64,000 bases of DNA from an uncultured Clostridia bacterium (GCA_934754355.1 CAKVID010000006.1:2004-66003), one strand, 5' to 3'; shown: positions 28,290-38,849, counted from the stretch's first letter. The notes: generated by a model from the letters alone, not told the origin. A program made the numbers and translations.

Positions 28290-29120
28290 ATGGAGATTGC
28301 AACTTTTATGCCAAAAAATTTATATTATGAAGATGTTAAAATTATAAAAAGACCATTTAAAGCCAAATTTAGACGATTTTTATTTTTATTTTCTATGATA
28401 TTTGTGGTGGTAGGTGTGGTTTTTGCTTCTATATTTTTGAGCAAAGCACTGGCTGTAGGAAATATCACAACCGCTATTGTATATGGTGGCAAAGATGTTA
28501 AGATTGCCAAACAACAAATATATCTAGTAACCTTGGGTAAGTATGATAATTATGATGACGCTGAGAAAGTAGCACTTGGTTCAACTATACAAGGTGCTAG
28601 TGGCTTTATTTGGTTAATAGATAAAGATTATTATGTTGTGGGTAATGCATATAGGAATGGCGATGACGCTAATGTTGTCAAGAAAAATTTGCAATCATCT
28701 AACTATGATATTGAAGTAATTGAGATGACATTTCCAAAAATTAATATGAATTTTGATGACTTTGAGAGCAAGGAAGTATCCAAAATTAAGAAAGCGTTTG
28801 AATTTATTGATGATATTTATGATAATCTATATAATTACTCAATTAAATTTGATAAAGGAGAGATTAATAACTTTGCCGTTTGTAGTAATATTAGTAGTAT
28901 AAGAGGGGAATGTAAAGTTCAAATTTCGGGTATACAGGGCTTACTTATGAATAAAAATTCTGATAATCTTCAGAAATTAATTAATTGTCTAACTAAATTA
29001 GATGAAATTCTAAATGTTGCAATACTTAAAACTATAGATAATTCTTCAACAAATTATTCTTTGAAAAATTCAATAGTAAGCATAATGTACGAGAAATATA
29101 ATTTATACAAGTCTTTGTAA
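28290..29120 (+). CDS. Single-pass membrane protein with a SPOR-like peptidoglycan-binding domain
   Basis: The TM helix is 'FLFLFSMIFVVVGVVFASIFL'. 'IYLVTLGKYDNYDDAEKVA.....GASGFIW.IDKDYYVVGNAYRNGDDANVVKKNL' fits the SPOR beta-alpha-beta-beta repeat pattern. The start is uncertain (28290 or 28308). Confidence 0.5.
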   Translation: MEIATFMPKNLYYEDVKIIKRPFKAKFRRFLFLFSMIFVVVGVVFASIFLSKALAVGNITTAIVYGGKDVKIAKQQIYLVTLGKYDNYDDAEKVALGSTIQGASGFIWLIDKDYYVVGNAYRNGDDANVVKKNLQSSNYDIEVIEMTFPKINMNFDDFESKEVSKIKKAFEFIDDIYDNLYNYSIKFDKGEINNFAVCSNISSIRGECKVQISGIQGLLMNKNSDNLQKLINCLTKLDEILNVAILKTIDNSSTNYSLKNSIVSIMYEKYNLYKSL

Positions 29121-29251
29121 CATTGATATTTTTGGTAACTTTTGTCGGCATTTTAAAGTTTTGGTACTTAATTATTTTGGAATTTTGCAAGTTTAATGTA
29201 TAATCAATGTGTAAGATTATTTTTACACATTTTTTTGAAGTTGAGAAATTG

Positions 29252-29755
29252 ATGAAGAAGAGAACAAGTTATATTATTATTGGCATTACGATAGTTGTAG
29301 GAATAATTTTGGATTTGGTGACCAAGGCTTATTTTGCTGAATACTTCAGTGTTCATTCCGAAGATATTGTAGTTATCCCAAATTTCTTTATATTTACATT
29401 CTTAAAAAATACTGGTGCTGCATATGGAATTTTTGGAGATAGTACAGTGATGTTATCTATTGTATCTATCTTATTTGTAATTACATTTATTATTTATGAT
29501 ATTTTCAATCATCAGAATAATATATGGTATTCTTTGGGAATAGGGCTTATTATTAGCGGTGCAATTGGTAATCTAGTAGATAGATTATTTCTAGGCTATG
29601 TTAGAGATTTTATTAGTCTTAGAATTTTCAATTTTGTATTTAATTTAGCAGATTTATTTATAACTATAGGAGTTATATGTTTTCTAATTTATTTAATAAT
29701 TAATATTGTAAAAGAGAAAAAGGGCAAAGATGGAGTGGAAAATAACAAAAGATAA
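29252..29755 (+). CDS. lspA: Lipoprotein signal peptidase II
   Basis: Motifs 'NTGAAYG', 'GNLVDRLFLGYVRDF' and 'FNLADLFI'. The probable start is MKKRTSY at 29252. Confidence 0.9.
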   Translation: MKKRTSYIIIGITIVVGIILDLVTKAYFAEYFSVHSEDIVVIPNFFIFTFLKNTGAAYGIFGDSTVMLSIVSILFVITFIIYDIFNHQNNIWYSLGIGLIISGAIGNLVDRLFLGYVRDFISLRIFNFVFNLADLFITIGVICFLIYLIINIVKEKKGKDGVENNKR

Positions 29756-30650
29756 TGTTGGGCGTAGACTGGATATATTTTTGCAGAATGAATTTCAAGA
29801 CAAAACTAGGTCTCATATTAAACACTGGATAGATAATGCAGATGTGCTTGTAAATGGCAAGGCTGTTAAAGCAGGGTATTCACTTAGAGAAAATGATATA
29901 ATTAATCTGGGCGAGATAGAGGAGAAAGTTTTATCCGCTAAGCCACAAGATATTCCTATAGATATTGTGTATGAAGATGAAGACTTGGCGGTTATTAATA
30001 AGCCACAGGGAATGGTTGTACACCCAGCAATTAATAATTACGATGGAACGCTGGTTAATGCACTTATGTATAAATTAGATAGTCTTAGTAGTATAAATGG
30101 CGTAATTAGACCGGGAATAGTACATCGACTAGATAAAGATACATCGGGATTATTGGTTATAGCCAAGAATGATAATGCTCATGTATCACTTAGTAATCAA
30201 ATAGCGACTAAAGAATGCAAGCGTATTTATTGGGCTTTGGTTGATGGGGTTGTTAAGAGTGATGGCGAGATAAAAACTCTAATTGGTAGAGATAAGAAAA
30301 ATAGACTTAAAATGGCAGTAACAAATGATGGCAAAGTAGCAGAAACAATGTATAGGGTATTAGAAGTGCTTGGCAATTATACTTTGGTGGAATTTGAATT
30401 GAAAACGGGAAGAACTCATCAAATAAGAGTTCATAGCGCGTATTTGCATCACCCAATTGTTGGAGATAAACTATATAATAACAATAAATGCAAATTCAAT
30501 CTCAATGGACAATTGCTACACGCAAAGAAATTGATTCTAACACACCCGAGGACTAATAAACTTATGACATTTGAGTGTGAATTGCCCGATTACTTTAAAA
30601 AAGTTCTTATTAATCTAAATTCTAAATTTGTAGATAGTAACTGTAAATAA
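29730..30650 (+). CDS. rluD: 23S rRNA pseudouridine synthase RluD-type (S4 domain plus catalytic domain)
   Basis: The N-terminal S4-like region is 'RLDIFL...SRSHIKHWI...V.VNGK', with 'HRLDKDTSGLLVIAKN' and 'GRTHQIRVH'. It overlaps lspA by 26 nt. Confidence 0.9.
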   Translation: MEWKITKDNVGRRLDIFLQNEFQDKTRSHIKHWIDNADVLVNGKAVKAGYSLRENDIINLGEIEEKVLSAKPQDIPIDIVYEDEDLAVINKPQGMVVHPAINNYDGTLVNALMYKLDSLSSINGVIRPGIVHRLDKDTSGLLVIAKNDNAHVSLSNQIATKECKRIYWALVDGVVKSDGEIKTLIGRDKKNRLKMAVTNDGKVAETMYRVLEVLGNYTLVEFELKTGRTHQIRVHSAYLHHPIVGDKLYNNNKCKFNLNGQLLHAKKLILTHPRTNKLMTFECELPDYFKKVLINLNSKFVDSNCK

Positions 30651-30683
30651 ATTATAAAATATTATTAAAAGGAGATAAAAATT

Positions 30684-30950
30684 ATGGCAAAAAATACTGG
30701 AGGAATGAGTTGGAGAGGATTTTTTAATCTACTTGCATTTATATCTGTTGTTTGTATTGGACTAGCATTTACAATAGGCAAAATAGGTGGCGGAAATTTG
30801 GCAAGTTCATTAAGACAAGTATCTGATATATTGGCATATTGTATAGTTGCAATTTCATCATTTTTCTTTGCTTACAATCGTAGACATTGGGCTTACTTTG
30901 TAGTTTGGGTAGTTTGTGTAGCATTAATAATTGTGTTTATGATAATCTAG
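30684..30950 (+). CDS. Small membrane protein (88 aa, 3 predicted TM segments)
   Basis: RBS AAGGAGA with 7-nt spacing. Three hydrophobic helices. No family recognised. Confidence 0.65.
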   Translation: MAKNTGGMSWRGFFNLLAFISVVCIGLAFTIGKIGGGNLASSLRQVSDILAYCIVAISSFFFAYNRRHWAYFVVWVVCVALIIVFMII

Positions 30951-30953
30951 GAG

Positions 30954-31431
30954 TTTCATACAAAGTAGTCTGCAAGACACCTTGATATGAAACGACGACG
31001 ATTGCCAGCAACCTGTATCAACGAAGTGGATACATATGACGAAGTCATAGCCAACAGAGTTGGGGGTTGGCTGGTATAATATGAGAAGTTCATATATATC
31101 AAATGATGATGTAGTCTGTAAGACACCTTGATATGAAACGACGACGATTGCCAGCAACCTGTATCAACGAAGTGGATACTTGTGACGAAAGTCACGACCA
31201 ACAGAGTTGGAGGTTGGCTGGTATAATGAGAAAGTAAAGTTTTTATGCAGTAAAAAATATCATAGTCTGCAAGACACCTTGATATGAAACGACGAAGATT
31301 GCCGGCAACCTGTATCAACGAAGTGGATACATATGACGAAGTCATAGCCAACAGAGTTGGAGGTTGGCTGGTATAATATGAGAAGTTCATATATATCAAA
31401 TGATGATGATGTAGTCTGCAAGACACCTTGA
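30954..31431 (+). repeat. Tandem array of 3 full copies plus 1 partial copy of a ~147-151-nt structured RNA-like element
   Basis: The copies are at 30954-31080, 31089-31227 and 31257-31377, with a partial copy at 31386-31431. The 'tagtctg' landmarks at 30966/31112/31263/31412 give periods of 146/151/149. See the findings for the fold and covariation. Confidence 0.85.
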
Positions 31432-31460
31432 AAATTTTAAAATTTTTAGGTATGTAACTT

Positions 31461-31805
31461 ATGAAGAAATTTTTACAAGATTTTTTTAAGAGCAAACTTA
31501 ATATAATATTATTTGTATTGCAAACGCTTGCAATAATCTTTGTGTGTTTGGCAAGCATTTGGAATTTAGCAGTTATGTTTGTTCTTATTTTTGAAGGATT
31601 ATTCTTTATAGTGTTTGGTATCAAAAATTTGCAGAAAAATAAAAAACTTGATGAACAACTAGAATTGTTAAGTAAAATAAGTATTGAGAATATTGATATG
31701 CAGAGAGAATGCAAGAGAAATAATCTAATCAAAAAATCAAATGTCTTTACATCAATCATTTATTTTTTGATGGGAGTAATGCTTCTAATTGTTGCAATAA
31801 TTTGA
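31461..31805 (+). CDS. Small membrane protein (114 aa, about 3 TM)
   Basis: Coherent hydrophobic helices separated by a charged loop (NLQKNKKLDEQLELLSK...). The RBS is weak. I prefer it over the overlapping minus-strand ORF. Confidence 0.5.
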   Translation: MKKFLQDFFKSKLNIILFVLQTLAIIFVCLASIWNLAVMFVLIFEGLFFIVFGIKNLQKNKKLDEQLELLSKISIENIDMQRECKRNNLIKKSNVFTSIIYFLMGVMLLIVAII

Positions 31806-31826
31806 CTTTATTTATTGACATAAAGG

Positions 31827-31855
31827 TTGCATATCGGTTATTTGTGTGGTATAAT
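31827..31855 (+). promoter_or_regulatory. Sigma-A-type promoter upstream of tig
   Basis: TTGCAT (31827-31832), 17 nt, TATAAT (31850-31855), with a TG extended -10. Confidence 0.55.
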
Positions 31856-31894
31856 AATGTAGTTTAACTAGTATATTGTTTAAGGAGAAATTTA

Positions 31895-33172
31895 ATGAAA
31901 TACGATATAAAAAAATTAGAAAATAAAAATCTTCAATTGAAGTTGGAACTAGACGCTAAAGAATGGGACGATTTGGTTGAAGAAGCATATAATAAAAACA
32001 AAGGTAAATATAAAGTAGAAGGCTTTAGAGCAGGCAAAGCACCAAGAAAAATTATTGAGAAGATGTATGGTCCACATATTTTCTTTGAAGATGCTATTGT
32101 TGAAGGCTTCAACAAACATTACACTGAAATTCTAGACAAAGATAAATCTATCGACCCTATTGATAGTCCAGATTTGAGTGTAGAGAAATTAGACGATAGT
32201 GGTATTACAATTGTTGCTGAAATTCCAGTAAGACCAGAAGTTAAATTGGGTGCTTATACAGGACTTAAGATTAGTGTAGAACCTAAAGAAGTAACAGATA
32301 AAGATGTAGAAGACGAATTGAAGAGAGTTCAAATACAAAATACAAGACTTGTTGAGAAAGATGGCACTATCGAGAATGGAGATGTTGCCAATATTGATTT
32401 CAAGGGAAGTACTGATGGAGAATACTTTGAGGGTGGTTCTGCAGAGGGTTTTGATTTGGAAATTGGAAGCCATAGTTTCATAGATAACTTTGAGGACCAA
32501 TTAATTGGTCTTAAGGCTGGCGATAGCAAAGATGTAATGGTTAAATTTCCAGAAGATTATCAAGCAGAGAATTTGAAAGGCAAAGATGCTAAGTTTGAAG
32601 TAAAAGTTAATGCTGTTAAAGTTAAAGAATTGCCAGAAATCAATGACGAATTAGCAAGCAATGTTTCTGAATTTGAAACTCTTGAAGAATATAAGAAACA
32701 TATCAAAGAACACCTAGGCGAACACGCCAAAGAAGATGCTAAAGTTCAAACAGAGAACAAAATCATTGATGAAATCGTAAGAACAATGGAATGCGATGTT
32801 CCAGAAATTATGATAAAGAGAGAACTTGATGCAATTATGCAAGATATGGAATATAGACTAATGTATCAAGGTGCTAATTTGGAAGCATACGCTAAGTATT
32901 TGAATACAACTGTAGACAAACTTAGAGAAGAAAGACATGACGATGCTTTGAAGAGCGTTAAGATTAGACTTGCATTGCAAGAAATTCTTAAAAATGAGAA
33001 ATTTGACGTAAATGATGAAGATGTAAATAAATATATCGAAAATATTGCAAAAAGAGTAAATAAATCGGTTGAAGAGTATAAAACTTCTCTTACTGATGAA
33101 AGATTGAATTACATAAGAAACGAAATTCTTATGAATAAACTACTTGAATTTTTGGTTGAAAAGAATAAATAA
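31895..33172 (+). CDS. tig: Trigger factor
   Basis: 425 aa with '[17 protein letters not shown]' (the ribosome-binding GFRxGxxP signature) and a central FKBP-like domain. Confidence 0.95.
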   Translation: MKYDIKKLENKNLQLKLELDAKEWDDLVEEAYNKNKGKYKVEGFRAGKAPRKIIEKMYGPHIFFEDAIVEGFNKHYTEILDKDKSIDPIDSPDLSVEKLDDSGITIVAEIPVRPEVKLGAYTGLKISVEPKEVTDKDVEDELKRVQIQNTRLVEKDGTIENGDVANIDFKGSTDGEYFEGGSAEGFDLEIGSHSFIDNFEDQLIGLKAGDSKDVMVKFPEDYQAENLKGKDAKFEVKVNAVKVKELPEINDELASNVSEFETLEEYKKHIKEHLGEHAKEDAKVQTENKIIDEIVRTMECDVPEIMIKRELDAIMQDMEYRLMYQGANLEAYAKYLNTTVDKLREERHDDALKSVKIRLALQEILKNEKFDVNDEDVNKYIENIAKRVNKSVEEYKTSLTDERLNYIRNEILMNKLLEFLVEKNK

Positions 33173-33183
33173 TTGGAGATAAT

Positions 33184-33768
33184 ATGTTAATACCTTATGT
33201 TGTTGACCAAACAAACTCTGGAGAAAGAAGTTACGATATTTATTCTAGACTTCTAGAAGATAGAATTGTATTTATTTCTGGCGAAATAGATGACGCTAGT
33301 GCTAATACAATTGTTGCTGAACTTATTTATTTGGAAGCAAAGAATCCTGAGAAAGATATATGTGTATATATAAATAGTCCGGGTGGCAGTGTTACTGCTG
33401 GAATGGCAATTTATGATACTATGAAGTATGTTAAATGTGATGTATCTACAATTTGTATTGGACTTGCTGCATCAATGGGTGCATTCTTGCTTGCTGCAGG
33501 AACTAAAGGTAAGAGATTTTGTCTGCCAAATAGTGAAGTAATGATACATCAACCTCTAGGCGGTGCACAAGGACAGGCAAGTGATATTGAAATTACTGCT
33601 AATCACATATTGAAAACTAAGAAGAAAATGACTGAAATGCTAGCAAAGAATTGCGGTCAGAGTATCAAGAAAGTTGAGAAAGATGTTGATAGAGATTATT
33701 TTATGACAGCAGAAGAAGCAGTTGCTTATGGATTGGTGGATAAGGTTATCACTAGAGGTTCTAAGTAA
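33184..33768 (+). CDS. clpP: ATP-dependent Clp protease proteolytic subunit
   Basis: 194 aa with '[11 protein letters not shown]', the catalytic '[11 protein letters not shown]' Ser and 'MIHQPLGG' His. Confidence 0.97.
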   Translation: MLIPYVVDQTNSGERSYDIYSRLLEDRIVFISGEIDDASANTIVAELIYLEAKNPEKDICVYINSPGGSVTAGMAIYDTMKYVKCDVSTICIGLAASMGAFLLAAGTKGKRFCLPNSEVMIHQPLGGAQGQASDIEITANHILKTKKKMTEMLAKNCGQSIKKVEKDVDRDYFMTAEEAVAYGLVDKVITRGSK

Positions 33769-33837
33769 TTATTTGATTTTATGTACTATGCAATTTTATA
33801 TTTACTTGCATAGTACTTTTTGAATTAAAGGAGATAT

Positions 33838-35142
33838 ATGGATAAAGATTTAGACAAAATAATTATGGAATGTTCTTTTTGCGGGAGAAATCAATTAGAA
33901 ACAAAGAATATGATAACCAGCCCAGATGGCTCTTCGTTTATTTGTGAAGATTGTGTGGCAATTTGTAGCGAAATGCTTGCTAAGACCAAAAGAGGCGTGG
34001 GTAATGCTAAAATTGCTCTTCCAACTCCAAGTGAATTGAAAAAAATGCTTGACGAATATGTTATTGGCCAAGACGAAGCAAAGAGAGTTCTATCTGTTGC
34101 TGTATATAATCATTATAAGAGAATTAACTATAATATAGACATGCAGAACTCCGATAAAGAAAATGAGGCATTGGATTTGGATAAGAGTAATGTCCTACTT
34201 ATTGGACCTACTGGAAGTGGTAAAACTATGCTTGCAAGAATACTTGCTAAAATACTAGAAGTGCCGTTTGCTACTGCTGATGCTACAACACTTACTGAGG
34301 CGGGCTATGTGGGCGAAGATGTAGAGAATGTTCTACTAAAACTAATTCAAAATGCCAATTACGATATTAAGAAAGCTGAACAAGGTATAATTTATATTGA
34401 TGAAATAGATAAAATTACTAGGAAATCGGAAAATCCTAGTATTACTAGAGATGTAAGTGGAGAAGGTGTACAACAAGCACTTCTTAAAATTATTGAGAGT
34501 ACTGTGGCTAATGTTCCTCCTCAAGGCGGAAGAAAACACCCTCAACAAGAATTATTGCAAATAGATACTAAGAATATTTTATTTATTTGTGGTGGTGCTT
34601 TCGTTGGACTAGACAAAATCATTGAGAAGAGATTTAATAAATCATCACTTGGCTTCAATAGTGATATAGAAGTAACTGAGAAGAAAACAAGCGAATTAAT
34701 CAAAGAAATTCAGCCACAAGATTTAATCAAATTTGGCTTAATCCCCGAATTTGTAGGAAGACTACCTATAGTTGTAGGACTTGATGAATTGACTGAAGAC
34801 GCATTGGTTAAGATAATGACAGAGCCTAAGAATGCTATTGTTAAGCAGTATAAGACAATGTTCAAACTTGATGGAGTAGAATTGAACATAGAGAGCGAAG
34901 CGGTAAGGGCGGTAGCAAAGAAAGCAATGAAATTGAAGACTGGTGCAAGAGGCCTTAGAACTATTATGGAAGACATAATGTTGGACATAATGTTTGCAAC
35001 ACCAGATGATAGAACAATATCTAAAATAACTGTTACTAAAGATACTGTTAACGGTGGTACACCAATTATTGAACACAAGAAAATTGAAACCAAAAAAGGC
35101 GATAATATTTCAGAAGATAAGATAAACGAAAAAACGGCATAA
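33838..35142 (+). CDS. clpX: ATP-dependent Clp protease ATP-binding subunit ClpX
   Basis: N-terminal zinc finger CSFCG...CEDC, Walker A GPTGSGKT, '[10 protein letters not shown]' and '[11 protein letters not shown]'. Confidence 0.97.
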   Translation: MDKDLDKIIMECSFCGRNQLETKNMITSPDGSSFICEDCVAICSEMLAKTKRGVGNAKIALPTPSELKKMLDEYVIGQDEAKRVLSVAVYNHYKRINYNIDMQNSDKENEALDLDKSNVLLIGPTGSGKTMLARILAKILEVPFATADATTLTEAGYVGEDVENVLLKLIQNANYDIKKAEQGIIYIDEIDKITRKSENPSITRDVSGEGVQQALLKIIESTVANVPPQGGRKHPQQELLQIDTKNILFICGGAFVGLDKIIEKRFNKSSLGFNSDIEVTEKKTSELIKEIQPQDLIKFGLIPEFVGRLPIVVGLDELTEDALVKIMTEPKNAIVKQYKTMFKLDGVELNIESEAVRAVAKKAMKLKTGARGLRTIMEDIMLDIMFATPDDRTISKITVTKDTVNGGTPIIEHKKIETKKGDNISEDKINEKTA

Positions 35143-35169
35143 AGTTTTTTCGAGGGGGTATAAAAATAT

Positions 35170-35751
35170 ATGGAAATCAAGAGCGCAAAGTTTATTACTA
35201 GTGCTACTAGTATTAATAAAAATATAGAAGAATATAAGTCAATTGCTTTCGTTGGTAGAAGTAATGTTGGCAAAAGTTCGCTTATTAATATGCTAGTATG
35301 TAATTCTAAACTTTGCAAGACCAGTTCTACACCGGGAAGAACTAGGCTTATAAATTATTTTCTTATCAATGATGAAGTATATTTTGTAGATTTGCCCGGT
35401 TATGGCTATGCTAAGGCTAGCAAGGTAGAAGTGGATAGTTGGCAAGCAATGATAGAGCCTTTCTTGGTAGAGAATGAGAATTTGAAATGTGTATGTATGC
35501 TAGTAGATAGCAGAATTGAACCAACTAATCAAGATAAACAAATGATGAAATTCTTGAATTACTATAGAATTCCTTTTATAATTATTGCTACTAAATGCGA
35601 TAAATTTGGCAAAAGTCAAATAAAACCTCAAATGTTAAAAATAGCAAATTCACTGGGCGTTGGCAAAGATAATGTATTGCCAAGTTCTAGTGATACAAAG
35701 TATGGCAGACTAGAAATTCTAGCCAAACTTGACCAATTCCTAAATTATTAA
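35170..35751 (+). CDS. engB: Ribosome-biogenesis GTPase EngB/YsxC
   Basis: G1 'GRSNVGKSSLIN', 'TPGRT' and G3 'DLPGYGYA'. Conserved position after clpX. Confidence 0.92.
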   Translation: MEIKSAKFITSATSINKNIEEYKSIAFVGRSNVGKSSLINMLVCNSKLCKTSSTPGRTRLINYFLINDEVYFVDLPGYGYAKASKVEVDSWQAMIEPFLVENENLKCVCMLVDSRIEPTNQDKQMMKFLNYYRIPFIIIATKCDKFGKSQIKPQMLKIANSLGVGKDNVLPSSSDTKYGRLEILAKLDQFLNY

Positions 35752-35981
35752 TTGATAATAAATTAAATACATCAAAATAAATAATGTTATTTCTTATAGC
35801 TCAAAATGGGCTACAAATATTGTATTTAATTGGGGTTATAGATTGAGATATTGTGCAGGGATTGAGTTAGCAGAATTTGCTATTAGGCACATGTAAATTT
35901 ACTAAAAATTTAATATTTTTTGTAACATATTAGATAAAAATGACATATATATTACCATACAATCTTTTAAGGAGGTAAATT

Positions 35982-36656
35982 ATGTCGTTTTTTTCCGGAA
36001 ATAGACAAGGTTGTAACCCAGGGCCAATAACTGGCAATCCTTTACAAGGATTATGTGAAAAAGCTTGTATTCAAACAAGAAAAGTTTTTGATGCTTGTAT
36101 GAAACAAATTCAGATGGACGGAACTTCGGTAACTCTAACTAATCAAGTGCCTCAAAATCCTACTGCGCCATTAACATTTGTGGGGTGTTCTACACAAACA
36201 CAAGATGTTACAATAAATAATTTGGTGGTAGATAGATTTGAAGATAAGCCATGCTTTGCCAGAGTTACAGGGAATGTAAGTATTCCAATTGTGGTAAGTT
36301 ATACTGATTCGACAGGTGTAGCGGGGAGTGGTATTGGTATAATAACAATACCTATTGATGTTGTCTTGTATGTACCTCAACCATCAATTATTCCTTATCA
36401 AGTAACGGCTTTTGCTAATGCTATTTGTTCGGGTGGTGCTTTTGTAGAAGGTTCTACCTTCACAATTAATCCATGTATTACACTAATCATCAGAGTAATT
36501 GTTGATGCGGAACTACTAATTCCTACATACGGATATTGTCAAATTCCACCTTGCCAAGATTACACTCAAGATGTATGTAGTGGCTATTTTGACTTGCCTT
36601 TGTATCCTGCTCAACAACCAGTTAATCCACCAACTCAAATAAATATTAATAACTAA
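35982..36656 (+). CDS. Hypothetical Cys-containing protein (224 aa), possibly a spore-surface structural protein
   Basis: Strong RBS AAGGAGG. The N-terminus 'SGNRQGCNPGP' is weakly related to the NNxCGCN motif of two other genes in the window. It is beta-rich with a Pro/Gln-rich C-terminus. No family recognised. Confidence 0.6.
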   Translation: MSFFSGNRQGCNPGPITGNPLQGLCEKACIQTRKVFDACMKQIQMDGTSVTLTNQVPQNPTAPLTFVGCSTQTQDVTINNLVVDRFEDKPCFARVTGNVSIPIVVSYTDSTGVAGSGIGIITIPIDVVLYVPQPSIIPYQVTAFANAICSGGAFVEGSTFTINPCITLIIRVIVDAELLIPTYGYCQIPPCQDYTQDVCSGYFDLPLYPAQQPVNPPTQININN

Positions 36657-36812
36657 TTTGTGGGTTTAATCTAGAACTTAGTACTAATTCTTTTTAGAAA
36701 AAGTTTATTGGCATATCAGATTATTTATTTGATATGCTTTTTTTATTGCTATTGGTGTGTAAATTCTTGTAAAACGGGCTATATTTTGTTAAAATATACT
36801 TAGGAGAAAAGA

Positions 36813-37508
36813 ATGAAAGTATTTGCTATAAGTGATTTCCATTTAAGTATAAATAATCCTAAGCCTATGGATATTTTTGGTCCGTCTTGGGAGAATTATC
36901 TAGATAAAATAATAACCGATTGGGAAGAGAGAGTAACTGATGAAGATATTGTATTAATTCCCGGAGATTTATCTTGGGCTATGAAATTTGAAGAAGCAAA
37001 GCCAGACCTAGACTTTATCTGTAATTTAAAAGGCAAGAAAGTAATACTTAAAGGCAACCATGATTATTGGTGGAGTAGTATTAGTGAACTTAGGGGATAT
37101 TTGTATAATAATACTTATGCTATTCAAAATGATGCGATTAAACTAGGTAATTATGTAATATGTGGCTCTAGAGGTTGGGTAGCAGAAGATAATGGCTTTA
37201 AGAGCGAGCAAGATGAGAAAATCTACAAAAGAGAACTGATAAGAATGGAATTGTCTCTAAAAAATGCAATGACTTTGAAGAGTGATGAAGATAAAGTTAT
37301 TGTTATTACTCATTATCCGCCATTTAATTATAGGATGGAATATAATGAAATGATTGCGCTTTTTGAGAAATACAAAGTAAATTATGTGGTGTATGGACAC
37401 TTGCATAATGAAGATATCAAACAAAAATTGACTTTTGAAAGAAACGGGATAAAATATTATTTAACTTCTTGCGATTTGGTGGGAAATAAACTAATTAAAA
37501 TTGAATAA
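36813..37508 (+). CDS. Calcineurin-like metallophosphoesterase
   Basis: Motifs 'AISDFHL', 'PGDLSW', 'GNHDYWW' and 'VYGHLH'. Confidence 0.85.
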   Translation: MKVFAISDFHLSINNPKPMDIFGPSWENYLDKIITDWEERVTDEDIVLIPGDLSWAMKFEEAKPDLDFICNLKGKKVILKGNHDYWWSSISELRGYLYNNTYAIQNDAIKLGNYVICGSRGWVAEDNGFKSEQDEKIYKRELIRMELSLKNAMTLKSDEDKVIVITHYPPFNYRMEYNEMIALFEKYKVNYVVYGHLHNEDIKQKLTFERNGIKYYLTSCDLVGNKLIKIE

Positions 37509-37617
37509 CTAAATTTTATGTTAATACTGAAGATGTTGACAACTTAGAAAAAAGACCGATGAAAATTAAATATCATCGGTCTTTTTTCTATTCTAATTGT
37601 ATTTATAAATTCTAGAC

Positions 37618-38571
37618 TTATAATTCTTTTTCTTCATTTGATAAATTATTATCTAATGCTTTGTTTATGTAAAGATGTTCAGTTGCAAGCATTCTTTTGC
37701 TAAATAAATCGACAAGGTTGGTTACATCTCCTGTTTTAATTGCTTTATTGATTGCTGCACAATATTCGTCTCTATTCTTGGCTTTGATTGTAATTGTAGG
37801 ATATCCATGTTTAACTAGTTCATAATTAGATAATAGTCTTGCAGTTCTACCATTACCATCTGCAAAAGGGTGAATACGGATAAATTCAGCATGGAATATT
37901 GCTGCTCTAATAATAGGGTGCAATCCTTCAGATTCATTATTGTACCAATTAAGTAGGTTTTCTAGTTCACTATCAACTTTTGCTCCGCTTGTTAAACACA
38001 AATCTACTCCATTAAGTCTAGCAATAGGACAGTAATATGCCGAACGATATCTACCATATTTTGTGCCTAATATATGACAATTAAGATGGTCGGCGATAAA
38101 TTCGGCAGTTAGAGGAATATTTTGATTTTTCCTACTTGCTCTATTTGCTCGTCTTGCTTCATTAATCATCTCACTAATTGCGGCGAAGTGACCAGTAGTT
38201 TCTATATAATGTTCTTCATTGGTATTTGGGTCAAAAACTAGGATATTAGTATTTCTTAAATAATTCAAGTATTCTTCTGGTAAATAACTATCATATGGCT
38301 CATCAGTTGGTATTTTGAAATCTGGCTCTTCCTTGGGCTTATCAAATCCAAAACTACTAGTAGAGTGTAAAACACGAATATCTGGTCTTTCTAAGAATTC
38401 TTCGATATCTTTAAAGGTATCTATGCCTTCAATTCTGTCGCTTTGGGATACAAAGTCTAAGTCAATTATAGAATTTAATTCTTTTCTAAAAGTAGGTGGA
38501 ATTTCAGATACTTTATCTTTTAGAGTATCTATCTCATTAAAATTTCTATATTTACAATCATATTCTTGCAT
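37618..38571 (-). CDS. Fic-family protein (AMPylase-type), class II with an internal inhibitory helix
   Basis: The Fic motif is 'HPFADGNGRTARL'. The upstream 'SDRIEG' matches the (S/T)xxxE(G/N) inhibitory motif. The likely start is at 38571, behind GGAGA. Confidence 0.85.
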   Translation of the reverse strand: MQEYDCKYRNFNEIDTLKDKVSEIPPTFRKELNSIIDLDFVSQSDRIEGIDTFKDIEEFLERPDIRVLHSTSSFGFDKPKEEPDFKIPTDEPYDSYLPEEYLNYLRNTNILVFDPNTNEEHYIETTGHFAAISEMINEARRANRASRKNQNIPLTAEFIADHLNCHILGTKYGRYRSAYYCPIARLNGVDLCLTSGAKVDSELENLLNWYNNESEGLHPIIRAAIFHAEFIRIHPFADGNGRTARLLSNYELVKHGYPTITIKAKNRDEYCAAINKAIKTGDVTNLVDLFSKRMLATEHLYINKALDNNLSNEEKEL

Positions 38572-38849
38572 AACAATTATCTCCATATATTTATTTATAT
38601 ATTATATCACAAATATTGATAGCATTCAATACTAAATAAAATGTATTTTATACATTTTTGGTTTGCCAATCTGCATGCTTATATAAATGTTTGTATATGA
38701 ATTTTTATTAAATTTATACACAAATTCAAAATAGTTATAAAAATATAATTATGCATAAATATAAGTTTTGCATTAAAACATATGTTTTAGAAAATATATA
38801 ATACTTATGTAAAATAGTCAATTTTTGCATATGAATGCAGAATTTTGGG

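Noticed and set aside
30954-31431. Considered the tandem repeats as a CRISPR array
   Set aside because: The entire ~150-nt period is repeated, with only short variable junctions. There is no alternation of short repeats (24-48 nt) with unique spacers, and there are no cas genes in the window.
30956-31759. 267-aa minus-strand ORF running through the tandem repeats and antisense to the 31461 gene
   Set aside because: The repeat copies differ by a 1-nt indel, so the 'protein' switches frame between copies; the same DNA is read as YVSTSLIQVAGN in copies 1 and 3 and as IHFVDTGCWQSS in copy 2. Conservation is therefore at the nucleotide/RNA level. The N-terminal part has antisense-type F/L/I/S/N composition, and the ORF has no RBS.
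34710-35318. 202-aa minus-strand ORF (and a 104-aa ORF) antisense to clpX/engB
   Set aside because: It overlaps the highly conserved clpX C-terminus on the opposite strand and has S/L/I-rich antisense composition. The many other antisense ORFs in the track opposite glmM, groEL, ileS, murA and ftsZ are rejected for the same reason.
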